Shown here: positions 18,290 to 26,608 of the stretch, one piece after another
How the letters are laid out: each line of letters starts with the position of its first letter
Numbering within the stretch: the first letter of the stretch is position 1
Source of the DNA: Candidatus Babeliales bacterium
Lineage (GTDB): Bacteria > Babelota > Babeliae > Babelales > Vermiphilaceae
Length of the DNA: 29,744 nucleotides
Assembly (NCBI GenBank): GCA_044451405.1
Contig: JBIOKB010000008.1
Coordinates: forward strand, 1 to 29,744
Direction: 5' to 3'
Translations under genes and position numbers: made by a program
The notes under the pieces: generated by a model
The model's input: the letters and a program-made list of their open reading frames with translations, nothing else
What the model was told of the DNA's origin: nothing
The model's database searches: none

Positions 18290-20155
18290 ATGAAGTCTAT
18301 ATCTATAAAAAATGCTCTTTTGCTTCTTATGGTAGCAGCAACGAGCAGCATACTTTCAAGCAACTGCAGTAGTAGCTCAAGCAACTGCAGTAGTAGCTGT
18401 AGTACAGGTAGCGGATGCCTGAATCCAAAAACTATTTTTGTGCCTCGTTCACAAAGTGTTAACGCAGCTCGTGACTTAGTCGGTCAACAGTATTATATTA
18501 ATCAACCATTTGATACTACCTATGGCTGTTTTAGTATCACACCTGAGTTTACACGTTCATTTAGACCCGATTTAATTACCAATTATTTCTTTGGCCCAGC
18601 AGCTAGTGATGGCTGTGTAACCTTTTCTGGAAGCACGGTAGCAGATCGTGGTGCAAACGATATTCTTGCTGATTACTTTGGGATGCCACAAGATTTCCAA
18701 AGCAAAGTTTGCTTTACCCCGCGCATTGAAAATTTCTTAGTTGATTTTTTCTTCTATGCAGGATTTGGTGAATGTGCCAAAGGTACTTACTTTAAATTAC
18801 ATGCACCCGTAGTATATACCCGCTGGTCTATGGATCCATGTGAAAAAGTCATCAGTGAAGGAACCACTGACTATCCAAAAGGGTACATGACGCTCAATGG
18901 AATTCCGCGTTCTGAACTTGCTACGAGCATATTACCCGCGCTAGCTGGTAACGTCACGTTTGGTGATGAAACAGCACTTCAATACGGAAAAATTCCCTGT
19001 GGTGTTTTGAAAAAAACACGTTTATCTGACGTACAAATGTGGCTTGGCTACAATTTTGTAAACTGTGATTATGCACACTTTGGCTTGAATGTTAATGGTA
19101 CTATTCCTACCGGTAACAAACCAAATCCTGAATTTTTATTTGCACCAGTTGTTGGTAATGGTGGCTTTTATCAAGCGGGTATTGGTATAACATCCCATGC
19201 ACGCATCTGGCAAAATGAAGAAGAGTCCAGATCACTTGCGGTATTTTTTGATGTCAACATTCGTCACTCATTTAACACCACACAGCTACGCTCGTTTGAT
19301 GTTACAGGAAGTGCACAGCCCGCCCTCAGCCGTTATATATTAGCTGCTAATTATGCACCTGTCCCATTAAATTTCAATGGTAGCGTACAAACTGGTCATT
19401 TAAATTCCGCTAGTTTGGAATATGATAAGATATTACAAAATGTGATCAACATTACTACCGTATGTTGCGATGTAAAGGTAAAATTAGATACCGATACTGC
19501 ACTTAAATTCTCCTACACCCACAACAAATGGCAAGCTGATCTTGGTTATAACCTGTGGGCACGTACTGCAGAATCAGTTTCTATAAACCCTCTTCCTGCA
19601 TCAACGTATGCACTCAAAGGTGACGCATTTCTCTATGGGGCAGGAGGCACATTTTTAGCTGATGCTCAGGCTAATTATCCAGCAGATGCGGTAGCTCTTG
19701 GTGTTACTGAAGTAACTTCAACTGCTTTTGCCGGTAATAATTACCATGTGAACAATGCTTCAAATTTTGCTGACCCTACGCTTAACGTTGGCGTAGATTC
19801 ACACACAAATGCATCAGCAGTTGGATTTACCAATGTATTCTCACCAAACAGCACACAAAGTATAATCATACACACATCACAACAGCCAACTCTTCCGCTC
19901 TTATATTCGGCAGCGGCAGTAAACACTCTGCTTGTAAGCTCTGCTACGGCACCAAGCGTAGTTACCCATAAGCTCTTTGCACACATCAGTTATAACTGGG
20001 ATACCAGCAAAGATCACGTACATCCATTTTTAGGTATCGGTGGTGAAGCTGAGTTTGATACTAAGCGCAAATCAGTTGGTGAATGCACATCATGTGATTG
20101 CCGCAGCGCATTAAATCAATGGGGTGTGTGGATAAAAGGAGGCGTTGGATTCTAA
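18290..20155 (+). CDS. Exported Cys-rich protein, putative outer-membrane beta-barrel (paralog 2)
   Basis: Shares blocks NPKTIF.PRSQS.NAARDLVGQQ, ADYFG.PQDFQSKVCFTPRI, LKGDAFLYGA and HVHPFLGIGGE.EFDTK with paralog 1. Ends WGVWIKGGVGF. Confidence 0.75.
   Translation: MKSISIKNALLLLMVAATSSILSSNCSSSSSNCSSSCSTGSGCLNPKTIFVPRSQSVNAARDLVGQQYYINQPFDTTYGCFSITPEFTRSFRPDLITNYFFGPAASDGCVTFSGSTVADRGANDILADYFGMPQDFQSKVCFTPRIENFLVDFFFYAGFGECAKGTYFKLHAPVVYTRWSMDPCEKVISEGTTDYPKGYMTLNGIPRSELATSILPALAGNVTFGDETALQYGKIPCGVLKKTRLSDVQMWLGYNFVNCDYAHFGLNVNGTIPTGNKPNPEFLFAPVVGNGGFYQAGIGITSHARIWQNEEESRSLAVFFDVNIRHSFNTTQLRSFDVTGSAQPALSRYILAANYAPVPLNFNGSVQTGHLNSASLEYDKILQNVINITTVCCDVKVKLDTDTALKFSYTHNKWQADLGYNLWARTAESVSINPLPASTYALKGDAFLYGAGGTFLADAQANYPADAVALGVTEVTSTAFAGNNYHVNNASNFADPTLNVGVDSHTNASAVGFTNVFSPNSTQSIIIHTSQQPTLPLLYSAAAVNTLLVSSATAPSVVTHKLFAHISYNWDTSKDHVHPFLGIGGEAEFDTKRKSVGECTSCDCRSALNQWGVWIKGGVGF
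18356..18397 (+). repeat. In-frame 21-bp perfect tandem duplication (SSNCSSS x2)
   Basis: TCAAGCAACTGCAGTAGTAGC at 18356-18376 and 18377-18397. Confidence 0.9.
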
Positions 20156-20189
20156 CTAATTTTGTTGTGGCTGGTGTTGTAAAAATGCA

Positions 20190-20254
20190 GCGCCAGCCCG
20201 GCGTAGCTAAACACTTCCTGAGGCCTCACTTCGATAGTATGAGCGAAGACGGGG
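20190..20254 (-). repeat. Palindromic repeat family A, free-standing copy between convergent genes
   Basis: Minus strand reads CCCCGTCTTCGCT...AGCTACGCCGGGCTGGCGC. Confidence 0.7.
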
Positions 20255-20260
20255 CCTATC

Positions 20261-20719
20261 TTATTTAAACACCCGCTTAACACCCCGATCAAGGCACAGA
20301 TGGGATAGTGCACCAGCAATAAAAAAGAGTGCGTCAACAAACATAATTGTTGCATAGTGTGGCAGACAGATACTCGCAGTACCGGCAACAAGTAAGGGAA
20401 GTAAAATAACAAACCATGTTTCATGGAATAACCCACGATGCGGAACTAACAATGGGATTAATGCAAGAATGCCGCATAGTGCTGTCAGCTCATAACACCG
20501 ATTAAAAAAGAGAAACAGCAATAATGCTGCCACTGCATAATAAAACAGATATTGTCCTTTGCTTTTGGTGTCAACATCAGGAAAGAGTGCACCAGCGATC
20601 ATAAAGAAAAACCATTCGGTAGCAAGATACCACGATGGGTGCATGAAATATAAAATAGGATATATAATGCATGCATACAGTATGCTTGCTCCAGCTATGT
20701 GTCCTTTATATCCCGGCAT
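20261..20719 (-). CDS. YdjM-like inner-membrane metal-dependent hydrolase
   Basis: GYKGH, GALFPDVD, HRGLFH and SHLCLD motifs in a hydrophobic 152-aa protein. Confidence 0.85.
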   Translation of the reverse strand: MPGYKGHIAGASILYACIIYPILYFMHPSWYLATEWFFFMIAGALFPDVDTKSKGQYLFYYAVAALLLFLFFNRCYELTALCGILALIPLLVPHRGLFHETWFVILLPLLVAGTASICLPHYATIMFVDALFFIAGALSHLCLDRGVKRVFK

Positions 20720-20737
20720 TACTCTCTCCTTTATATT

Positions 20738-22234
20738 TTATGTGGTAAAACGTACAAAATTGGTACCCGGATAATAAAATTGGAGTACCGTTCGATGATC
20801 ATTTCCTTGCCGCACCATTTCCCGCGCGCCCCACTGGCACAGCCCTAAATGGTGTCCATAGCCACGGCCCGTAAATATAACATCATCACCTTGTTTTTCT
20901 ACCAAAAAGCAAAAACTTTTAACATCCTTTAATTTTGAATAAATTTTTTTACCCGGTACCCGCACACTCCCCCCTTTAGACCCCTTGAGGGCTACCTCAC
21001 GTACCAATCCCGCTTTGTCTTTGCTCGTAACTTTAATGTCTTTAATTTTTTTTATAGTAGGCGGCCCTTTATGTAATACATCAGCAAGTGTGTGTACTGA
21101 ATAGATTGCCTGCCAATTATATATCTTGCACTTCTTACAATACGTACACGGATAGGAACGTGCAAGATATGGTGCCTGACTAAAATTAAAATCTTTAATT
21201 AATGATGGGGTAACCCCGCCACAGCAGCCATCAAACATCGCAATAATAGGTTTTCCTTTATACGCAAGAAAAACTCCTTTAGTTTCTTCAACTGCTGTTT
21301 TAAGCACGGGAGACTCGTGAATACCGGTATATGTTTGGTGCGCATTCGTGTTTTTAATATGATAAGGCAATTTATTTGCTTTAGAACGTACAATCATTGC
21401 TATTGCGTAGCTACGGCATGCGATAGCAAATACTTTATTCACTTCAAGTGGCCATCCTGGCCAGCTTTCAGTGCGCAACACGGAAAACACATAATCTTCT
21501 AAATCGAGCGCATTAATAATATACGCTGTACCACTATGACAGGTAATTAAGAAAGACCCTTGATAGCAATTATTATTAAAATGAATAAGGCCATCATGCG
21601 GCACCAGCACGAGTTGTGATCCATGGTATCGTTTGCCATTGATATAGATAACTTTGCCGTGTACTACAATTTCAATAGTTGGTTCATCTGATAACCAGCT
21701 ATTACCACGATCTGCTGGATTAATGTAGGTACACCCTTCCTGCGTTTTTAAATACCAGCGTGGTTTTTCTGAGCATGACTTTTCATCTAACAGAACGCGC
21801 ACTGCATGTGGCTTTACGCTCGCATTGCTCGCTCCCTGCTCTGCATGCTCAGGTTCGGGCTCCATATCACACGCAATAAGCATGATATCAGCATCAGTAA
21901 CTACAATTTCAAGATCACCTTCGTATACTTCTTTATCGACAACAGTAGATCCACTGATTGGGGCAATACGCAGTTTTGTGCGCTTGGTAGTGGCACCATT
22001 AATAACAATACCCGACTCATTAAAAGTAATAGTAATATCAGTTGCCGGTGTTTTTTTAGTAACGGTAGCATGTGATGGATCAGATACGATAAATCCATCT
22101 TTTGAATATAACGACCATGTAGGGCAAGCGGTAGCTGCATGTGATGCAATTACCAATGCTGCATCTGATGATCGAGCAGCAGAGCTTACGCTCCATAGGC
22201 TGAGAGCTATAAAAATTTTATATCGTAATTTCAT
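20738..22234 (-). CDS. SpoIID/LytB domain peptidoglycan lytic protein
   Basis: INALDLEDYVFSVLRTES, AIACRSYA, HQTYTG, GRGYGHHLGLCQWGA and LQFYYPG. N-terminal signal peptide. Confidence 0.9.
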   Translation of the reverse strand: MKLRYKIFIALSLWSVSSAARSSDAALVIASHAATACPTWSLYSKDGFIVSDPSHATVTKKTPATDITITFNESGIVINGATTKRTKLRIAPISGSTVVDKEVYEGDLEIVVTDADIMLIACDMEPEPEHAEQGASNASVKPHAVRVLLDEKSCSEKPRWYLKTQEGCTYINPADRGNSWLSDEPTIEIVVHGKVIYINGKRYHGSQLVLVPHDGLIHFNNNCYQGSFLITCHSGTAYIINALDLEDYVFSVLRTESWPGWPLEVNKVFAIACRSYAIAMIVRSKANKLPYHIKNTNAHQTYTGIHESPVLKTAVEETKGVFLAYKGKPIIAMFDGCCGGVTPSLIKDFNFSQAPYLARSYPCTYCKKCKIYNWQAIYSVHTLADVLHKGPPTIKKIKDIKVTSKDKAGLVREVALKGSKGGSVRVPGKKIYSKLKDVKSFCFLVEKQGDDVIFTGRGYGHHLGLCQWGAREMVRQGNDHRTVLQFYYPGTNFVRFTT

Positions 22235-22736
22235 ACTGCTGTAACATTTTTTTTAGTTCAGGAGAAAGATGAACTTTGTGATCTATGGCATAATTTGCCT
22301 GTTCATCAGCTTCAACATTATCTTCTCGAAAAATATGCACAATTGTGTACTGCAAAGAGGCTACCAGTGTTTGCGCTACCGTATGTAATGCCTTTAAGTG
22401 CGGCTCTTTCACTTTATACATGCCATGGAATTGGCGTACCAACAGTTGAGAATCAGACACAATAAGCACCAGATCGTGTGGTTGCATATGTTGCTTGAGT
22501 ATTAAAAGACCAATAATTAATGCTAGATACTCTGCTTGATTGTTCGTTTTTGATCCAAGATAAAAACCGTGTTTTGCATATACCGTTTCATTTTTCACCA
22601 TATAAATACCTGCTGCTGCTGGACCTGGGTTATTCCGTGCAGCACCATCAACAAACAATTTCCAATAATCTGGTTTTGTATCCGATGACCGTGTGTCAGA
22701 TGATAATGAGGGTTCAAAAAAAGAAAGTTGCTTCAT
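22218..22736 (-). CDS. rnhA: Ribonuclease HI family protein
   Basis: FVDGAARNNPGPA, TNNQAEYLAL, SDSQLLVRQ and HIFREDNVEADEQAN. ATGA overlap with the upstream gene. Confidence 0.88.
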   Translation of the reverse strand: MKQLSFFEPSLSSDTRSSDTKPDYWKLFVDGAARNNPGPAAAGIYMVKNETVYAKHGFYLGSKTNNQAEYLALIIGLLILKQHMQPHDLVLIVSDSQLLVRQFHGMYKVKEPHLKALHTVAQTLVASLQYTIVHIFREDNVEADEQANYAIDHKVHLSPELKKMLQQYEITI

Positions 22737-23458
22737 GATGCTGGTGCTGTAGAAGGGTTTGGTATATATAAGAAGCGATAGCAATCTTTACATTGCATAA
22801 GTTTATTGCGACGCAATAATACTAAATCCTGTTCGGTTACGGTATAAAAACAGGCAGAACAAGCACCACGAACTACCGGAACTACTGGATCAGTTACACG
22901 AGCACGCATCATGCGATATTTATCAAGCCACTCGGCTGGTACTCCCTGCTCTTTTTCGTGCCGTATCTGTTCTTGATCATGCTGTTTGCGCGCAAGTTCT
23001 GCATGTGCATGCTGTTTTTCTTGTAATTGGGTACGCGTTTGCGTTGCTTGTTCGTGTACCGTTTGCTCATAAACTGCGTATGCTTTTTGCGCTCCTTCAA
23101 GAAGATGCCATGCATGAATTAACGTATCTTCTAGTTCATTCTGCTTTTTTTTAAGAAGATCTATTTCACTTTTTAACGATTGGTATTCTTTGTGATTAGA
23201 AACAAACTCAAGGCGCCGCTTTTTTTCCTGTTCTTGCGCGTCAAGTGTTTTCATTTCAAGTTCATACTCATCAACTTTTTTTTGTGCGTCATGCACCTGT
23301 TGTTTTGCATCATTAAGCTGTACCGTTGCAGCATATTCTTGAGCGGTTATCAGCGCCATTTCTTGCTCAATTTTTTTGCTATCACGATTAATAGTTTCTA
23401 TGTGTTGATCAAGCTGAATAAGATCAAGAAACTTATTGAACGGCGATTCCTGCGTCAT
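22733..23458 (-). CDS. C4-type zinc-ribbon coiled-coil protein (DUF164 / CT398-like)
   Basis: Long coiled coil (LIQLD...KEYQSLKSEI) with C-terminal CSAC...CKDCYRFLY. SD CAGGAG before ATG 23458. Confidence 0.88.
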   Translation of the reverse strand: MTQESPFNKFLDLIQLDQHIETINRDSKKIEQEMALITAQEYAATVQLNDAKQQVHDAQKKVDEYELEMKTLDAQEQEKKRRLEFVSNHKEYQSLKSEIDLLKKKQNELEDTLIHAWHLLEGAQKAYAVYEQTVHEQATQTRTQLQEKQHAHAELARKQHDQEQIRHEKEQGVPAEWLDKYRMMRARVTDPVVPVVRGACSACFYTVTEQDLVLLRRNKLMQCKDCYRFLYIPNPSTAPAS

Positions 23459-23477
23459 AACAGTCTCCTGCAAAGAT

Positions 23478-23534
23478 TGGCGCCAGCCAGGCGTAGCCTA
23501 ATTAACCTTCGAAGTCATTCCCTAGGGCGTAGAC
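23478..23534 (-). repeat. Family A element abutting the tRNA-Ile2 CCA end
   Basis: Minus strand reads (CCA)GTCTACGCCCTAGGGAATGACTTCGAAGGTTAATTAGGCTACGCCTGGCTGGCGCCA. Confidence 0.8.
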
Positions 23535-23610
23535 TGGTGGGCCCACCAGGATTTGAACCTGGGACCTCTCGGTTATGAGCCGATTGCTCTAACCGCTGAG
23601 CTATGGGCCC
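23535..23610 (-). tRNA. tRNA with CAT anticodon, probably tRNA-Ile2 (lysidine-modified)
   Basis: Minus strand reads GGGCCCATAGCTCAGCGGTTAGAGCAATCGGCTCATAACCGAGAGGTCCCAGGTTCAAATCCTGGTGGGCCCACCA. The GGGCCC acceptor stem is typical of Ile2, and initiator features are absent. Confidence 0.9.
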
Positions 23611-23641
23611 ATCATATGTGATGTTACGTCACATGGTCAGT

Positions 23642-23670
23642 AGAATAAAGTAATTTGTTTGTATTGTGAA
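23642..23670 (-). promoter_or_regulatory. Putative sigma70 promoter for the tRNA-Ile2 operon
   Basis: TTCACA-17 nt-TATTCT on the minus strand, ~30 nt upstream of the tRNA. Confidence 0.5.
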
Positions 23671-23692
23671 GGGGAACTCTTTTTTCCCCTAT

Positions 23693-23722
23693 TTGCTTAC
23701 CCTTATTAAGGTATGGTATAAC
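23693..23722 (+). promoter_or_regulatory. Putative sigma70 promoter for the 23758/ligase operon
   Basis: TTGCTT-18 nt-TATAAC with a TG extension. SD AAGGAG follows. Confidence 0.45.
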
Positions 23723-23757
23723 CCTATTCATGTGTACTCATATTAAAAAGGAGACCC

Positions 23758-24228
23758 ATGATGGTAGTACAATCACTTATAATATTTGTAGGATGTATAG
23801 GCAATACGGTGATATGTGGCATGATAGATGATATAATAACGCCTTCATTATATTCTAGGGGAGAACATATTGCGGTGATACACTATAAAAATGAATATAA
23901 GATTGTAAGCGCGGACACACATGAAGCATTACAAACCTACTACACCATTGAACATGATAGTATCACCCCTATCGCTCATGGCTATGAACGCACTATTGTA
24001 GCAACTCGTCCTGGTGAATATACCCTGCTTGGCATACCAGTTTATCGCCATGAACTTACTATCACTGAAACTCATGCTAAAGACTCTCATATGCGCACGA
24101 TTAAAACACGCTTTGTTCATGAAAACACCAGTCTTGCGATCCTTGCTATTGTCACACTTGGCCTTGCAGGAATTATGTATAAAATAGCACAGAAGGTACA
24201 AGAAAATTATAGTGCTCAGGTAACATAA
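23758..24228 (+). CDS. Hypothetical membrane protein
   Basis: SD AAGGAG, hydrophobic N-terminus and C-terminal TM helix. Ends 8 nt before the ligase start. Confidence 0.7.
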   Translation: MMVVQSLIIFVGCIGNTVICGMIDDIITPSLYSRGEHIAVIHYKNEYKIVSADTHEALQTYYTIEHDSITPIAHGYERTIVATRPGEYTLLGIPVYRHELTITETHAKDSHMRTIKTRFVHENTSLAILAIVTLGLAGIMYKIAQKVQENYSAQVT

Positions 24229-24236
24229 GGAGCCGT

Positions 24237-25970
24237 ATGCTTTTTAAAGACGTTGGCCATTATTTTTCCCAGATAGATGCCACCAGTTCACGGCTAGAAA
24301 TCACCAAACTTCTTGCTGAACTGCTTGGTAAAGCAACTGCTGCGCAAGCTGCTATTATCTGCAACTTATCATTAGGGCAACTGAATCCTCCCTATATTGG
24401 CACCCAATTTAATATTGCTGAAAAAAGCATGCTGAAGATTATCACTGATGTACTTGATGTAAGTACTTCAACGGTAACTGAACGGGCAAAAAAACTTGGT
24501 GATCTTGGCCTTGTTATTGAAGAAGGAACCTGGCGGCCAACAAACTCATTAACCATCCATGAAGTCAATAAAAAGCTCCATGAGATTGAACAAATCAGTG
24601 GTGTCGGATCCCAAGATGATAAAATTGAAGCAATGTTCAAACTTATTAAAGCACTTGATCACACATCGGCAAAATATGTGGTACGTATAGTGCTGGGCAA
24701 ACTTCGCATGGGCTTTTCTGATATGACCATTATTGATGCACTCTCATGGATGGAAGCAGGCAATAAATCATTAAAAACGCCTATTGAAACTGCCTATAAC
24801 CTATGCGCTGATATTGGCGTTATTGCATCCACGTTAAAAGAAGATGGCATTAAAGGAATTGAGAAAATGCGCATTCATGTTAGCATTCCCATTCGACCAG
24901 AAGCAGCTGAACGATTACCTACTGCTAAAGCGGTTATAGAAAAATTAGGAACCTGTGTTGCACAACCAAAGCTCGATGGATTTCGGTTACAAATTCATAT
25001 TGATAACACACGTAAGACCCCTAAAATTCATTTTTTCTCACGCAACCTGCAAGACATGTCTGCCATGTTTCCGGATATTGCCGATGCAGCAAAAAGCATT
25101 AATGTTGATACCATCATTTGTGAGGGGGAAGCTATCGGGTATGACGTTGAAACTGATACCTTTGCACCCTTTCAAGAAACCATAAAACGTAAGCGTAAGC
25201 ATGGGATTGAAGAGATGGTCTCTGAACTTCCCATGAAAGTGTTTCTGTTTGATCTCATGTATGTAAATGGCGTCGATTATCTAGATAAATCCCACGAAGA
25301 GCGGCGCAAAAAATTGCTTCAGATTTTCAACAACCATGGCGATACTGCCATTCAAGTAATCCCCGAAAAAATAATGCACACCGCTAAAGAGCTCGAAGAG
25401 TACCTGGCAGAAAATATCGCGTCTGGCCTTGAAGGATTAGTGGTCAAAAAACCTGATGCAATCTATCAAGCAGGCACTCGAAATTTTAATTGGATTAAAT
25501 TAAAACGGGCACAGATGGGCCATCTTGAAGACACGGTTGATTGTGTGGTACTCGGCTACTATGCAGGATCTGGCAAACGAGCACACTTTGGCATCGGCGC
25601 CTTTTTAGTTGGTGTATACGATAGCAAAAAAGATTGCTTTGAAACGATTGCAAAAGTAGGCACCGGACTTAAAGATGCTGATTGGAAAGAGATCAAGAAG
25701 CGATGTGATGCATATAAAGTTATTAAGCAGCCAAAGAATGTGATCTGTGCTCAAGCACTTGTCCCAACCGTATGGACCTCACCTGATATCGTGGTACAAA
25801 TTAAAGCGGATGAGATCACCCAATCACCCGTGCACGCTGCTGGCAGGACCCAAGATAAGCTTGGCTATGCTTTGCGGTTCCCACGTTTTATCAGCTATCG
25901 AGAAGATAAGTCGCCTGAAGAGGCAACCAGCGTTCGTGAGATAATAGAGATGTATAAAGATCAGTTCTAA
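24237..25970 (+). CDS. lig: ATP-dependent DNA ligase (archaeal/eukaryotic Lig1-like, with N-terminal DNA-binding domain)
   Basis: Motifs I QPKLDGFR, III CEGE, IIIa LFD, IV EGLVVK, V WIKLK and VI LRFPRF. OB fold D.VVLG..G.GKR...G.FLVG. Confidence 0.95.
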   Translation: MLFKDVGHYFSQIDATSSRLEITKLLAELLGKATAAQAAIICNLSLGQLNPPYIGTQFNIAEKSMLKIITDVLDVSTSTVTERAKKLGDLGLVIEEGTWRPTNSLTIHEVNKKLHEIEQISGVGSQDDKIEAMFKLIKALDHTSAKYVVRIVLGKLRMGFSDMTIIDALSWMEAGNKSLKTPIETAYNLCADIGVIASTLKEDGIKGIEKMRIHVSIPIRPEAAERLPTAKAVIEKLGTCVAQPKLDGFRLQIHIDNTRKTPKIHFFSRNLQDMSAMFPDIADAAKSINVDTIICEGEAIGYDVETDTFAPFQETIKRKRKHGIEEMVSELPMKVFLFDLMYVNGVDYLDKSHEERRKKLLQIFNNHGDTAIQVIPEKIMHTAKELEEYLAENIASGLEGLVVKKPDAIYQAGTRNFNWIKLKRAQMGHLEDTVDCVVLGYYAGSGKRAHFGIGAFLVGVYDSKKDCFETIAKVGTGLKDADWKEIKKRCDAYKVIKQPKNVICAQALVPTVWTSPDIVVQIKADEITQSPVHAAGRTQDKLGYALRFPRFISYREDKSPEEATSVREIIEMYKDQF

Positions 25971-26113
25971 TATCGCGATACAACGCGATACTTCCCTTGC
26001 ATAGAGCCCCCTCTTAATTTTGCTTATACACAAATAATCAATTACAATAATCATATAAATATATTACATACAACAACAAACCACATAAACATTTCTAACG
26101 GGATTGAACGTCC

Positions 26114-26599
26114 ATGAATCGTACCACCATCTTATTTGTTTTACTTTCTCTCATAATTACTATCCCCGCGCAGGCCATGCATGCAAAGAAAAAACCTCGC
26201 GTGAGCTGTTTGGAACATTGCGCAGCAATAAGTGCAGTAATAGTTTTTAGCAGCATGTGTACTTCCGTTGGCTTTGGCATGCACAGGGAGATAGTAAAAC
26301 AAGTGCGTGATGAACGTGCCCCCTGCTTAACCGTGTGGGGAACTAACCCAGAATTTGGTCCATTTTATATACAACCTCCGCTGTGTGATTATCGCTATAA
26401 CGACACAGGTCTTATACGAGCCCTTAATCGGCAGCTTGGTGAAGGAACCATATTATATAGCGAAATAACGCCGTGTGACACACAGGAAAGCCATGATGGA
26501 CCGGTAAAACGGGTTTCTCGCGCCTGCATTGATAACCCAGCTAAAATAACCGAAAAACAGCTGGTTAAAAAGAAACCAAAGAAGCAGAAAAGTGATTAA
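26114..26599 (+). CDS. Hypothetical exported/membrane protein, 4-Cys domain (pair 1, copy a)
   Basis: Signal ending IPAQAM, then a basic patch and a hydrophobic helix. Paralogous to 26609-27166. Confidence 0.75.
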   Translation: MNRTTILFVLLSLIITIPAQAMHAKKKPRVSCLEHCAAISAVIVFSSMCTSVGFGMHREIVKQVRDERAPCLTVWGTNPEFGPFYIQPPLCDYRYNDTGLIRALNRQLGEGTILYSEITPCDTQESHDGPVKRVSRACIDNPAKITEKQLVKKKPKKQKSD

Positions 26600-26608
26600 G
26601 GAGCTCAT

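Noticed and set aside
6752-23610. Either CAT tRNA as initiator tRNA-fMet
   Set aside because: Both have a paired 1:72 position and lack three consecutive G-C pairs in the anticodon stem.
25971-25990. TATCGCG-ATACAA-CGCGATA inverted repeat after lig as a terminator or repeat-family member
   Set aside because: Weak 7-bp stem, no clear U-tract and no similarity to families A-C.
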